Below are positions 1-7,362 of a DNA stretch of 36,539 nt, piece after piece. The translations under genes and the position numbers were made by a program. The stretch spans positions 1 through 36,539 of the forward strand of contig CBDUXU010000003.1 of the NCBI GenBank assembly GCA_965371285.1, given 5' to 3'. Positions within the stretch are counted from its first letter, which is position 1. The number at the start of each line of letters is the position of its first letter. Source of the stretch: an uncultured bacterium (lineage in GTDB: Bacteria > Desulfobacterota > GWC2-55-46 > DRQE01). The notes beneath the pieces were generated by a model. The model worked only from the letters and a program-made list of their open reading frames with translations, was not told the DNA's origin and did no database searches.

Positions 1-8
1 GTTGTTTT

Positions 9-917
9 TTAAGACGCACCCCTGAGCATATCCAAAATTCTCTCTCTCTCATCCTTTGAAAAATATTGAATCTCAACCTTACCCTTGCCGTTACGGTCTT
101 TAAGCAGCACCTTAGTGCCAAAAACTTCCATAAGCTCCATCTCAATAGGTGTGAGTTTGTGGGGTATCTTGCCGGCACCTGATTTTTTTGACTGATCAAT
201 TGCGCCGCTTGCCAGAGCCTCTGCCTCCCTGACAGAAAGACCCTTAGTAATTATTTTGCGGCATAACTGCCTTTGGCCGCTTATTGTAGCAACCGATAGG
301 ATTGCCTTTCCGTGACCCATAGAGATGTTACCTTTTAACATCTCATCTTTTACCTCCGGAGTGAGTTTTAAAAGTCTTAAATAGTTTGCAACTGTCGCTC
401 TCTCTTTGCCGACTTTCCTGCTTACCTCTTCTTGTGTCAAACCAAAATTCATAAGAGCCTGATAACTGTCTGCCTCTTCAATGGCATTTAAATCTTCTCT
501 TTGTACATTCTCTATTATGGCAATTTCCAAACTCTCTGTATCGTCAACATTCATTACAATGACAGGAACTTCTTTTAAGTTAGCCCTAATGGAAGCGCGA
601 AGCCTTCTCTCTCCGGCAATTAACTCATAACCGCTGCCTTCTATGTCCCTGACAATGAGGGGTTCGATAACACCTTTTTCGCGAATAGATTCTGTGAGTT
701 CCTTAATGGCTTCTTCGCTAAAGGACTTTCTTGGCTGAAAACGGTTAGGGGCAATAGCATTTACAGGTACCGACCTAAGTCTCTCACCCAGGCCGGCAGA
801 TGCTGCGGAAGTCCCTGTGCCGCCTACGCTAGAGGTGCCCGGCACACTTGGCGCAGGCATCTCCTTTGCAATTAAAGCGCTTAATCCCTTACCTAATACT
901 TTCTTTTTTTTCATCAT
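9..917 (-). CDS. parB: Chromosome partitioning protein ParB/Spo0J (CTPase)
   Basis: N-terminal LGKGLSALI ParA-interacting peptide, QPRKxF, GERRLRA arginine patch, ENVQREDL, HTH with RATVANYLRLL; downstream of parA. Start may be the second ATG (914). Confidence 0.97.
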   Translation of the reverse strand: MMKKKKVLGKGLSALIAKEMPAPSVPGTSSVGGTGTSAASAGLGERLRSVPVNAIAPNRFQPRKSFSEEAIKELTESIREKGVIEPLIVRDIEGSGYELIAGERRLRASIRANLKEVPVIVMNVDDTESLEIAIIENVQREDLNAIEEADSYQALMNFGLTQEEVSRKVGKERATVANYLRLLKLTPEVKDEMLKGNISMGHGKAILSVATISGQRQLCRKIITKGLSVREAEALASGAIDQSKKSGAGKIPHKLTPIEMELMEVFGTKVLLKDRNGKGKVEIQYFSKDERERILDMLRGAS

Positions 918-1135
918 ATTAACTCCCAGGGCTTGAAGCCCTTCAAGGGCCTGAAGGGTCTGAGACCCTTTTCTTCAGGTGCTTTATAGGTGTAATTAAA
1001 AATCTAGTTTATGCTTCAGTGCTGCCTGAAATAGGGTACAGCAATGATTGCTACGCGTCACGCTGGGGCCTGAGACCCTTTTCTTAGAGGTACTCCTCCT
1101 AAAAAACATTATATAAACCCAATAAAACCTATATA

Positions 1136-1148
1136 AATCAGGGGCTTG
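1136..1148 (+). promoter_or_regulatory. Putative IHF binding site 1
   Basis: AATCAGGGGCTTG matches WATCARNNNNTTR, with A-rich tract upstream. Confidence 0.55.
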
Positions 1149-1234
1149 AATCCCTCCTATTAAAAGACAAAGAATCTGCCCTATAAATAAACATTGAAAC
1201 TATTACACTAACCATGGAACAAAAAACCCTTATA

Positions 1235-1247
1235 AATCAGCAGCTTG
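1235..1247 (+). promoter_or_regulatory. Putative IHF binding site 2
   Basis: AATCAGCAGCTTG matches WATCARNNNNTTR; A6 tract at 1221-1226. Confidence 0.55.
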
Positions 1248-1319
1248 AAGCTGTTCTAGGCCTGAGGCCCCCCTATTAAAAGACAAAGAACCTTACATGC
1301 AAACAAAAAAACCTATATA

Positions 1320-1332
1320 AATCAAGATGTTA
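1320..1332 (+). promoter_or_regulatory. Putative IHF binding site 3
   Basis: AATCAAGATGTTA matches WATCAANNNNTTR; A7 tract at 1305-1311. Confidence 0.6.
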
Positions 1333-1392
1333 CAGAGTCTAAGACCCTCTTGTCCAGATACAGACAGCTTTATAATACTGCCTACTTTACCG

Positions 1393-2175
1393 CTAGGCAT
1401 TACAGCTCAAAAACTCCTTTGTAAACTCCATATAACTCACAGCACCGCGAGAGTTAATATCATACAAAATAACAGGCTTACCAAAACTAGGGCTCTCAGA
1501 GAGTTTTACATTCCGAGGAATCATAGTAGTAAATGCCTTTTCGCCAAAGTGGGTTCTAACCTCCTCCACTACCTGATGAGAAAGGTTGTTCCTCGCATCA
1601 AACATTGTAAGGAGTACCCCTTCAATCTCAAGCTTGGGATTAAGGCCGCCTTTAATAAGTTTGATAGTCTTTAAAATCTGGCTAATGCCTTCCAAAGCGT
1701 AATACTCACACTGGAGAGGAACTAAAACAGAGTCCGATGCCACAAGAGCATTCACTGTTAAAAGACTCAGCGATGGAGGGCAATCTATTATAATATAATC
1801 AAATTCTGATGATAGAGATTTAAGGAGTTTATCCAATATATACTCCCTCTCATCCTCATCTACCATCTCGATTTCAGCCCCCGTCAAGTCAATGGACGAG
1901 GGAATTAACTTTAAAAAAGCTATATCAGTATCTACAATTACATCATCAATACTATGAAGACCTGACATAGCACTGTAGATATTCTTGTTTTTATCCCTAA
2001 CCTCCACGGCAGACCCCTCGTCTCCGGAAACGCCGCTAGTGGCATTTCCCTGTGGGTCAAAGTCCAGAAGCAGGACTCTTTTTTCTGCTACCGCAAGCGA
2101 GGCAGCAAGATTAATAGAGGTAGTGGTCTTTCCCACACCTCCCTTTTGATTAGCTATTGATATAATTTTTGCCAT
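1393..2175 (-). CDS. parA: Chromosome partitioning ATPase ParA/Soj
   Basis: Deviant Walker A NQKGGVGKTT, DPQGNAT, IIDCPPSL, PLQCEYYALEG, IPRNVKLSESPS. Confidence 0.97.
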   Translation of the reverse strand: MAKIISIANQKGGVGKTTTSINLAASLAVAEKRVLLLDFDPQGNATSGVSGDEGSAVEVRDKNKNIYSAMSGLHSIDDVIVDTDIAFLKLIPSSIDLTGAEIEMVDEDEREYILDKLLKSLSSEFDYIIIDCPPSLSLLTVNALVASDSVLVPLQCEYYALEGISQILKTIKLIKGGLNPKLEIEGVLLTMFDARNNLSHQVVEEVRTHFGEKAFTTMIPRNVKLSESPSFGKPVILYDINSRGAVSYMEFTKEFLSCNA

Positions 2176-2193
2176 AGAATACTCAATCCTACC

Positions 2194-2220
2194 ACAGCGT
2201 GACGCTGTTTTCTATAAAAA
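2194..2220 (+). repeat. Short-form spacer element (palindrome ACAGCG-TGA-CGCTGT plus TCTATAAAAA tail)
   Basis: Near-identical to 3154-3180; related to 1030-1066 and 2341-2383. Confidence 0.8.
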
Positions 2221-2295
2221 CTTATGTAAATTACTCCGTAGATATATTGATAAAAATAGGCATAAATTGACCTTTTAAAGAACAGGCTATGCCTG

Positions 2296-2311
2296 TGTTC
2301 CCCGTGGAACT
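2296..2311. promoter_or_regulatory. parS-like centromere site
   Basis: TGTTCCCCGTGGAACT, 2 mismatches to the palindromic parS variant TGTTCCACGTGGAACA; next to parAB. Confidence 0.75.
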
Positions 2312-2340
2312 TTTTTGTAATATACCTATTTTTTCATGTA

Positions 2341-2383
2341 TTTTTTGAATAGAGTCCGCAATGATTGCTACACATCACGCTGG
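2341..2383 (-). repeat. Long-form spacer element
   Basis: GCAATGATTGCTACACATCACGCTGG (2358-2383) matches GCAATGATTGCTACGCGTCACGCTGG (1041-1066) at 24/26 positions. Confidence 0.85.
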
Positions 2384-2432
2384 TACTTTATGGGCATTAA
2401 TTGGGTGTCATAAAGAAATTAGATGCAGTGTG

Positions 2433-3071
2433 CTAAACTTTGAAAAATATGCAGACTGAGGTTTCTCTATCAGACATTGGTAAGCTGGTTTTATGGATCT
2501 CCACGCCCCAGCCCATAGGCAACTCAGCTAACTCTTCATCCAACTCCCGGGAAGGAGTTTTAAGGGTCACGGCAGAACCATCAGATGCCATGTATGGCTC
2601 TGCGTAGCGGAGAAACTCTGCTACCGAAGTAAAGGCGCGGGATATGACGCAGTCAAAAGTGCCCAGCCTGGAGATAAGGTCGTAATCTTCTGCCCTGCCA
2701 TGGACCGCCTCTGCACCATCTAAATTTAAGGTCCTGATTATATGACTCATAAACTTTACTTTCTTGTCCACTGAGTCAACAAGGGTGAGCTGCAAATCCG
2801 GCCTTGCAATCTTCATAGGCAAACCAGGAAAACCCCCACCTGCACCTAAATCCAAAAAAGTCTTACAATTAAAGAGATACGACAGGGGAGTTAGGGAATC
2901 GAGAAAATGGCGTACAATAACCTCGTCTTCATCTGTAATGGCAGTGAGGTTAATCTTACTGTTCCATTTGAGGAGTTCTTCATAGTAGGTTCTAAACAGG
3001 CAGGCTTGCTCTGGAGATAAATCCACTCCCAGTTCTCCAGCTCCAGCTATTATTTTATCTTCTAGTTTCAT
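2433..3071 (-). CDS. rsmG: 16S rRNA m7G527 methyltransferase RsmG (GidB)
   Basis: WNSKINLTAI, RHFLDSL, DLGAGGGFPG SAM motif, SRAF; lies between mnmG and parA. Confidence 0.96.
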   Translation of the reverse strand: MKLEDKIIAGAGELGVDLSPEQACLFRTYYEELLKWNSKINLTAITDEDEVIVRHFLDSLTPLSYLFNCKTFLDLGAGGGFPGLPMKIARPDLQLTLVDSVDKKVKFMSHIIRTLNLDGAEAVHGRAEDYDLISRLGTFDCVISRAFTSVAEFLRYAEPYMASDGSAVTLKTPSRELDEELAELPMGWGVEIHKTSLPMSDRETSVCIFFKV

Positions 3072-3139
3072 GTAATATTCTCTAGCTTTTGAGGATTAAA
3101 TTAATGCCCATAAAATACCTATAAAAAACACACGCAGAC

Positions 3140-3155
3140 CGTTCCCCGTGTAACC
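3140..3155. promoter_or_regulatory. Degenerate parS-like site
   Basis: CGTTCCCCGTGTAACC shares GTTCCCCGTG with the 2296 site; 4 mismatches to TGTTCCACGTGGAACA. Confidence 0.45.
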
Positions 3156-3180
3156 AGCGTGACGCTGGACTCTATTAAAA
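3154..3180 (+). repeat. Short-form spacer element (palindrome CCAGCG-TGA-CGCTGG plus ACTCTATTAAAA tail)
   Basis: Perfect 15-bp palindrome; homologous to 2194-2220. Confidence 0.8.
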
Positions 3181-3198
3181 GGTATCTTTAGGGCTAAT

Positions 3199-3214
3199 TG
3201 TTCCACATGGAACA
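3199..3214. promoter_or_regulatory. parS centromere site
   Basis: TGTTCCACATGGAACA, 1 mismatch to TGTTCCACGTGGAACA; the symmetry extends over 3196-3217. Confidence 0.85.
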
Positions 3215-3230
3215 ATTGAACACAGCAAGG

Positions 3231-3267
3231 GTTTTCTTAAAAAAGGGTCGCAGACCCCTTAGAAAAC
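3231..3267 (-). terminator. Possible intrinsic terminator after mnmG, formed by a spacer palindrome
   Basis: Minus strand AAGGGGTC-TGC-GACCC followed by T6; outer arms GTTTTCT/AGAAAAC. Confidence 0.4.
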
Positions 3268-3279
3268 ACACGCAGTGTG

Positions 3280-5184
3280 CTAGAGGATGCCGGTTTTTTT
3301 GAGGTGTACCATAATTACAGAAAGTGCCGCAGGGGTGATGCCTGAGATTCTTTCTGCATGGGCAATAGAACGGGGGCGAAAGTGGTTGAGCTTTTCTCTT
3401 ATTTCTCTTGAGAGCCCTTTTACCCCGTCATAAGTAAAGTCTTTTGGCAGCTCCATTGCTTCTACCTTTTTGTATTTCTTTGCGTCCTCTTGTTCCCTTT
3501 TAATGTAGCCTTCGTACCTGATTTCCGTTGAAATAACAAAGGCCAGGGACTCATCTATATCGTAGTTCATATCTGCAAAGTCATATATAGACTTAAGGTC
3601 GAAACCTGGGCGCTTTAGGAGGTCTCGAAGGGTCATATCTTTAATGATTTCGGGTAGTTCCAGCGACTTTAGCTTTGCCAGTGTTCCCTTAGACGGGGCT
3701 ATTTTAGTGTCAGCCAGCCACTCCATTATAGACTCGATTTTTTCCTTCTTTTCTCTAAATATTTTATAGTGAGTCTCACTAACAAGCCCCGCATTATAAC
3801 CCTTCTGGGTTAATCTGGAGTCTGCATTATCTTCCCTTAGGAGGAGCCTGTACTCAGCTCTGGAGGTAAACATGCGGTAAGGCTCTTCTGTTCCCTTGGT
3901 AACCAAGTCGTCAATCAAAACTCCGATATATGCTTCTGACCTATCGAGGACTAATGGGACTTCGCCTTTAATTTTTAATGCTGCGTTCATTCCAGCGAGG
4001 AGCCCCTGGGCTGCCGCTTCTTCATAACCGGAAGTACCGTTTATTTGGCCGGCAAAATAAAGGCCCGTTATCTTTTTAGTTTCCAACGTGTGGTAGAGCT
4101 CTGTTGGATTTACAAAGTCATACTCCACTGCGTAGCCTGGTCTGATTATTTCCACATTTTCCAACCCCTCAATAGTGCGGAGAAACTCAAGCTGTACATC
4201 CTCAGGAAGGCTTGTAGACAGGCCGTTTGGGTAGACATCAGGTACGTCGTAACCCTCAGGCTCTAAAAAGATTTGGTGCCTCGTGCGGTCTGGGAACTTA
4301 ACCAGCTTATCTTCTATGGAAGGACAATACCTCGGACCGATACCTTTAATGTCTCCGCTAAAGAGCGGAGAGCGAGATAAGTTGTCTCTAATAACTTTAT
4401 GAGTTTTTTCATTTGTGTAAGTTATGTGGCAGGAAATTTGTTTTTGCTTTATTGTGTTATTAGAAAATGAAAATGGTGTTGGATCCTTGTCACCTGGCTG
4501 CTCAGTTAGCCTGCTATAGTCAATTGTTCTTGTATCAAGTCTTGGGCAAGTTCCGGTTTTTAACCTTCCTAAAGGAAATCCTAAGGCGGCAATGGAATCG
4601 CTAAGAGTTATGCTTGCCTTATCTCCGACCCTGCCACCGGGGCTTTTTTTCTCTCCTGAAAACATGAGGCCTTTTAGAAAAGTTCCCGTGGTTACCACCA
4701 CTGCTGAGCTTTCAAAAACGGTCCCGTCTGAGAGGATTACCCCTTTAACGGCTTTTTCGTCATTTTCACTGCTTTCACTGTCATTCGAGGTAACAAAATC
4801 ATCTACAAGCCCTTGATATGTATAGAGATTTTCAGTATTCTCCAATATATCCTTCATCCTTGCCCTGTATAAGGTCCTGTCTGCCTGAGCTCTCGACGCC
4901 CTAACGGCAGGGCCCTTACTGGCGTTTAGTGTGCGAAACTGAATCCCTGCGTCGTCTATGGCGCGAGCCATTTCTCCCCCCAGCGCATCTATCTCCTTTA
5001 CGATATGCCCTTTAGCTACTCCCCCTACGGCGGGGTTGCAGGACATCTGTCCAATAGTGTCCTTTGTCATAGTTACAACCAGTGTGGAAAGTCCCATACG
5101 GGCAGAGGCAAGGGCTGCTTCGCACCCTGCGTGACCTGCTCCTATAACTATTACATCATATTTATTTTTATCTATATTTTGCAT
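3280..5184 (-). CDS. mnmG: tRNA uridine-5-carboxymethylaminomethyl synthesis enzyme MnmG (GidA)
   Basis: [68 protein letters not shown]. Confidence 0.98.
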   Translation of the reverse strand: MQNIDKNKYDVIVIGAGHAGCEAALASARMGLSTLVVTMTKDTIGQMSCNPAVGGVAKGHIVKEIDALGGEMARAIDDAGIQFRTLNASKGPAVRASRAQADRTLYRARMKDILENTENLYTYQGLVDDFVTSNDSESSENDEKAVKGVILSDGTVFESSAVVVTTGTFLKGLMFSGEKKSPGGRVGDKASITLSDSIAALGFPLGRLKTGTCPRLDTRTIDYSRLTEQPGDKDPTPFSFSNNTIKQKQISCHITYTNEKTHKVIRDNLSRSPLFSGDIKGIGPRYCPSIEDKLVKFPDRTRHQIFLEPEGYDVPDVYPNGLSTSLPEDVQLEFLRTIEGLENVEIIRPGYAVEYDFVNPTELYHTLETKKITGLYFAGQINGTSGYEEAAAQGLLAGMNAALKIKGEVPLVLDRSEAYIGVLIDDLVTKGTEEPYRMFTSRAEYRLLLREDNADSRLTQKGYNAGLVSETHYKIFREKKEKIESIMEWLADTKIAPSKGTLAKLKSLELPEIIKDMTLRDLLKRPGFDLKSIYDFADMNYDIDESLAFVISTEIRYEGYIKREQEDAKKYKKVEAMELPKDFTYDGVKGLSREIREKLNHFRPRSIAHAERISGITPAALSVIMVHLKKTGIL

Positions 5185-5277
5185 TTTATTTTCTAAATGA
5201 CCATTCTTGCTTCCCAGTTGCTTCTAAAGAAATTTGAAAAAGCAGTGATAATCATAAACTTTAAAGCTTAATAGGGT

Positions 5278-5306
5278 ATTTTATAACAGACATAAGTAAC
5301 TGTCAA
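5278..5306 (-). promoter_or_regulatory. sigma70-type promoter for mnmG
   Basis: Minus strand TTGACA-17 bp-TAAAAT. Confidence 0.7.
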
Positions 5307-5316
5307 CAGATTGATT
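5304..5316 (-). promoter_or_regulatory. Putative IHF site overlapping the mnmG -35
   Basis: Minus strand AATCAATCTGTTG matches WATCAANNNNTTR; A-tract upstream (plus-strand T run 5326-5331). Confidence 0.45.
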
Positions 5317-5381
5317 TAACAGTCATTTTTTACAAATTGTGCATTTAATCAATAAAAATGGGGTCAAATAGACCTAATTCG

Positions 5382-5410
5382 TTGCTAAAGGAAGAGCTCT
5401 GTGTTATAAT
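5382..5410 (+). promoter_or_regulatory. sigma70-type promoter for carD
   Basis: TTGCTA-17 bp-TATAAT with extended -10 (TGTTATAAT). Confidence 0.7.
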
Positions 5411-5559
5411 TACTTAAATCAAGTTTTATATTTTTATAAGTAAGCTGGTTATAAAAAATGGTTGCAGATGGGTTTATAACTGGTTTTGCCTGCCGATTTA
5501 CTTATATACTTAATAGATTAAAATAATATAAACCTTCAAACAAAGAAAGTGGTGCCAAT

Positions 5560-6066
5560 ATGCCAACATCAGAAGTAAAAGACTTTAAAATCGGAGACCT
5601 TACAGTATATCCTGCTCATGGTGTCGGTAAAATAGAAGGAATTGAAAAAAGACAAATTTCAGGCTCAGACCAGAAATTCTTTGTTATTAGGGTTCTGGAG
5701 ACTAACGCTACTATTATGGTGCCGATAAACAACGCATCTTCAGTAGGGCTTAGAAAAGTAATGAAAAAGAGCATGGTTCCTAAGGTTTATAATATACTGA
5801 AAAACAAGGCTGCCATGCAGTTTGACAACCAGACCTGGAACAAAAGATACAGAGAATACACAGATAAGATTAAAACCGGCTGCGCAATGGAAGTGGCAGA
5901 GGTACTAAGAGACCTATATGTGCTAAAAATGGACAAAGAGCTATCTTTCGGAGAAAGAAGAATGTTGGACACGGCAAAAACCCTCCTGGTTAAAGAACTT
6001 TCAATCGCTAAAAACTCAAAAGAAGAAAAAATTGAAGCAGAGCTGGATAAGCTCATGGTCAAATAA
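5560..6066 (+). CDS. carD: CarD/CdnL family RNA polymerase-binding transcription factor
   Basis: FKIGDLTVYPAHGVGKI, VGLRK, conserved Trp in TWNKRYR, LSFGERRML; conserved carD-ispD-ispF context. Confidence 0.95.
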   Translation: MPTSEVKDFKIGDLTVYPAHGVGKIEGIEKRQISGSDQKFFVIRVLETNATIMVPINNASSVGLRKVMKKSMVPKVYNILKNKAAMQFDNQTWNKRYREYTDKIKTGCAMEVAEVLRDLYVLKMDKELSFGERRMLDTAKTLLVKELSIAKNSKEEKIEAELDKLMVK

Positions 6067-6090
6067 AAGCTAATTTTTTACTTTAAAAGT

Positions 6091-6126
6091 AACCCTCTCC
6101 GATATAGACTATGGAGAGGGTTTTTT
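6091..6126 (+). terminator. Intrinsic terminator after carD
   Basis: Perfect 10-bp stem AACCCTCTCC/GGAGAGGGTT ending in a T6 run. Confidence 0.8.
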
Positions 6127-6166
6127 AATGCCCGAATATAGTTCAAATAACCGGTAAAATCTAAAA

Positions 6167-6874
6167 ATGAAAAAAATAAAAACAACAGCCATAATAGCCA
6201 CTGCAGGAGTTGGCAAAAGGTTTGGCAATGAAAAGAAGAACTATATAGACCTCTCAGGCAAGCCTGTGGTGGCAAGAACGATTCAGGCTTTTCAGGACTG
6301 CCCGGATGTTGACTCTATTGTCATTGTGGCAGGTGCAGGCGATATAGAATCCTGCCAAACAGATATAGTAGAAAAATATAATTTCAAAAAAGTTATTAAA
6401 ATTATTAAAGGCGGCCTAGAGAGACAGGATTCCGTTAAAAACGGTTTTAAGTATATAAACTCCAAAAAAACTGCTGATGATATAGTAATAATACATGACG
6501 GAGGGAGGCCTCTTGTAACAATAGGCCTTATAACAAATACGATTAGTGAGGCCAAACTCTCCGGCTCTGCCATAGCGGCAGTAGATGTAAAGGACACAAT
6601 CAAAAAAGTATTAGGCAACAAGGTACTTACAACTGTTCCAAGAGATTCTCTTAAGTCTGTACAAACACCTCAGGCCTTTAAAGTAGATATTTTAAGAAAA
6701 GCTTATGAGTTTGCAGAAGTTAATAATATTAACGGAACAGATGAGAGCATGTTGGTTGAAGAAGCAGGGTTTACCGTATCGGTAGTGGATGGCAGTTATG
6801 AAAACATAAAAGTGACAACACCGGAAGATTTAATTTTTGCCCAGGAAATTATAAAAAATAGAACAAAGGTTTAA
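6167..6874 (+). CDS. ispD: 2-C-methyl-D-erythritol 4-phosphate cytidylyltransferase
   Basis: AGVGKRFG, GGLERQDSV, IHDGGRP, QTPQAF, NIKVTTPEDL. Confidence 0.95.
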   Translation: MKKIKTTAIIATAGVGKRFGNEKKNYIDLSGKPVVARTIQAFQDCPDVDSIVIVAGAGDIESCQTDIVEKYNFKKVIKIIKGGLERQDSVKNGFKYINSKKTADDIVIIHDGGRPLVTIGLITNTISEAKLSGSAIAAVDVKDTIKKVLGNKVLTTVPRDSLKSVQTPQAFKVDILRKAYEFAEVNNINGTDESMLVEEAGFTVSVVDGSYENIKVTTPEDLIFAQEIIKNRTKV

Positions 6875-6877
6875 ACT

Positions 6878-7360
6878 ATGAGAATAGGATTTGGCTACGA
6901 TGTACATAAGCTTGCGTCAGGAACGGACTTTATACTTGGCGGAATTGCAATTGAACACGATAAAGGATTAGTCGGTCATTCCGACGGTGATGTGTTGATA
7001 CATGCAATCATAGACTCCCTCCTGGGGTCTGTATGTATGGGAGATATTGGCAGGCACTTCCCTGACAGTGATAATAAATATAAAGGTATATCGAGCCTCG
7101 AGTTACTGAGAGATGTGATAGAAAAAATAACCAAAGAGGGTTATAAAATTGTAAACATAGACTCAACGGTAGTTTGTCAGGAGCCAAAACTAAAAGATTA
7201 TATACCGATAATGGAAGAGACTATTGCTAATGTAATAGGTTTAGAAAAAAATAATAACATTATAAATATAAAAGCCACAACAACAGAGGGGCTGGGTTTT
7301 ACCGGCACAGGAGAAGGTGTGGCAGCTTATGCAGTATGCTTGGTGGAGAAAGTAAAATAA
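6878..7360 (+). CDS. ispF: 2-C-methyl-D-erythritol 2,4-cyclodiphosphate synthase
   Basis: MRIGFGYDVH, GHSDGDV, GDIGRHFPD, KATTTEGLGFTG. Confidence 0.97.
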   Translation: MRIGFGYDVHKLASGTDFILGGIAIEHDKGLVGHSDGDVLIHAIIDSLLGSVCMGDIGRHFPDSDNKYKGISSLELLRDVIEKITKEGYKIVNIDSTVVCQEPKLKDYIPIMEETIANVIGLEKNNNIINIKATTTEGLGFTGTGEGVAAYAVCLVEKVK

Positions 7361-7362
7361 AC

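Larger units (their letters stand above)
928..1348. repeat. Composite repeat region in the parA-parB spacer: short 3-nt-centred palindromes plus three direct-repeat units
   Basis: CTGAGACCCTTTTCTT at 960-975 and 1070-1085; AAAACCTATATAAATCA at 1124-1140 and 1308-1324 (variant 1223-1239); CCTATTAAAAGACAAAGAA at 1156-1174 and 1272-1290; perfect palindromes at 928-942, 938-950, 954-970, 1040-1052, 1241-1253, 1259-1269. Confidence 0.9.

Noticed and set aside
928-1348. CRISPR array
   Set aside because: Only 2-3 copies of 17-19 bp repeats, irregular spacing, palindromic rather than unique spacers, and no cas genes.
918-1392. oriC or a hidden gene in the parA-parB spacer
   Set aside because: No DnaA boxes, and the track has no ORF confined to this spacer.
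1327-1674. 115-aa plus-strand ORF, and the other short antisense or nested ORFs in the track (e.g. 2764, 4045, 4592, 7532, 11149, 14719, 22367, 35186)
   Set aside because: They are shadows of well-supported genes and have no recognisable motifs.
5185-5559. oriC upstream of mnmG (gidA), as in E. coli
   Set aside because: AT-rich with an IHF-like site, but I found no DnaA boxes; divergent promoters and a leader explain the region.
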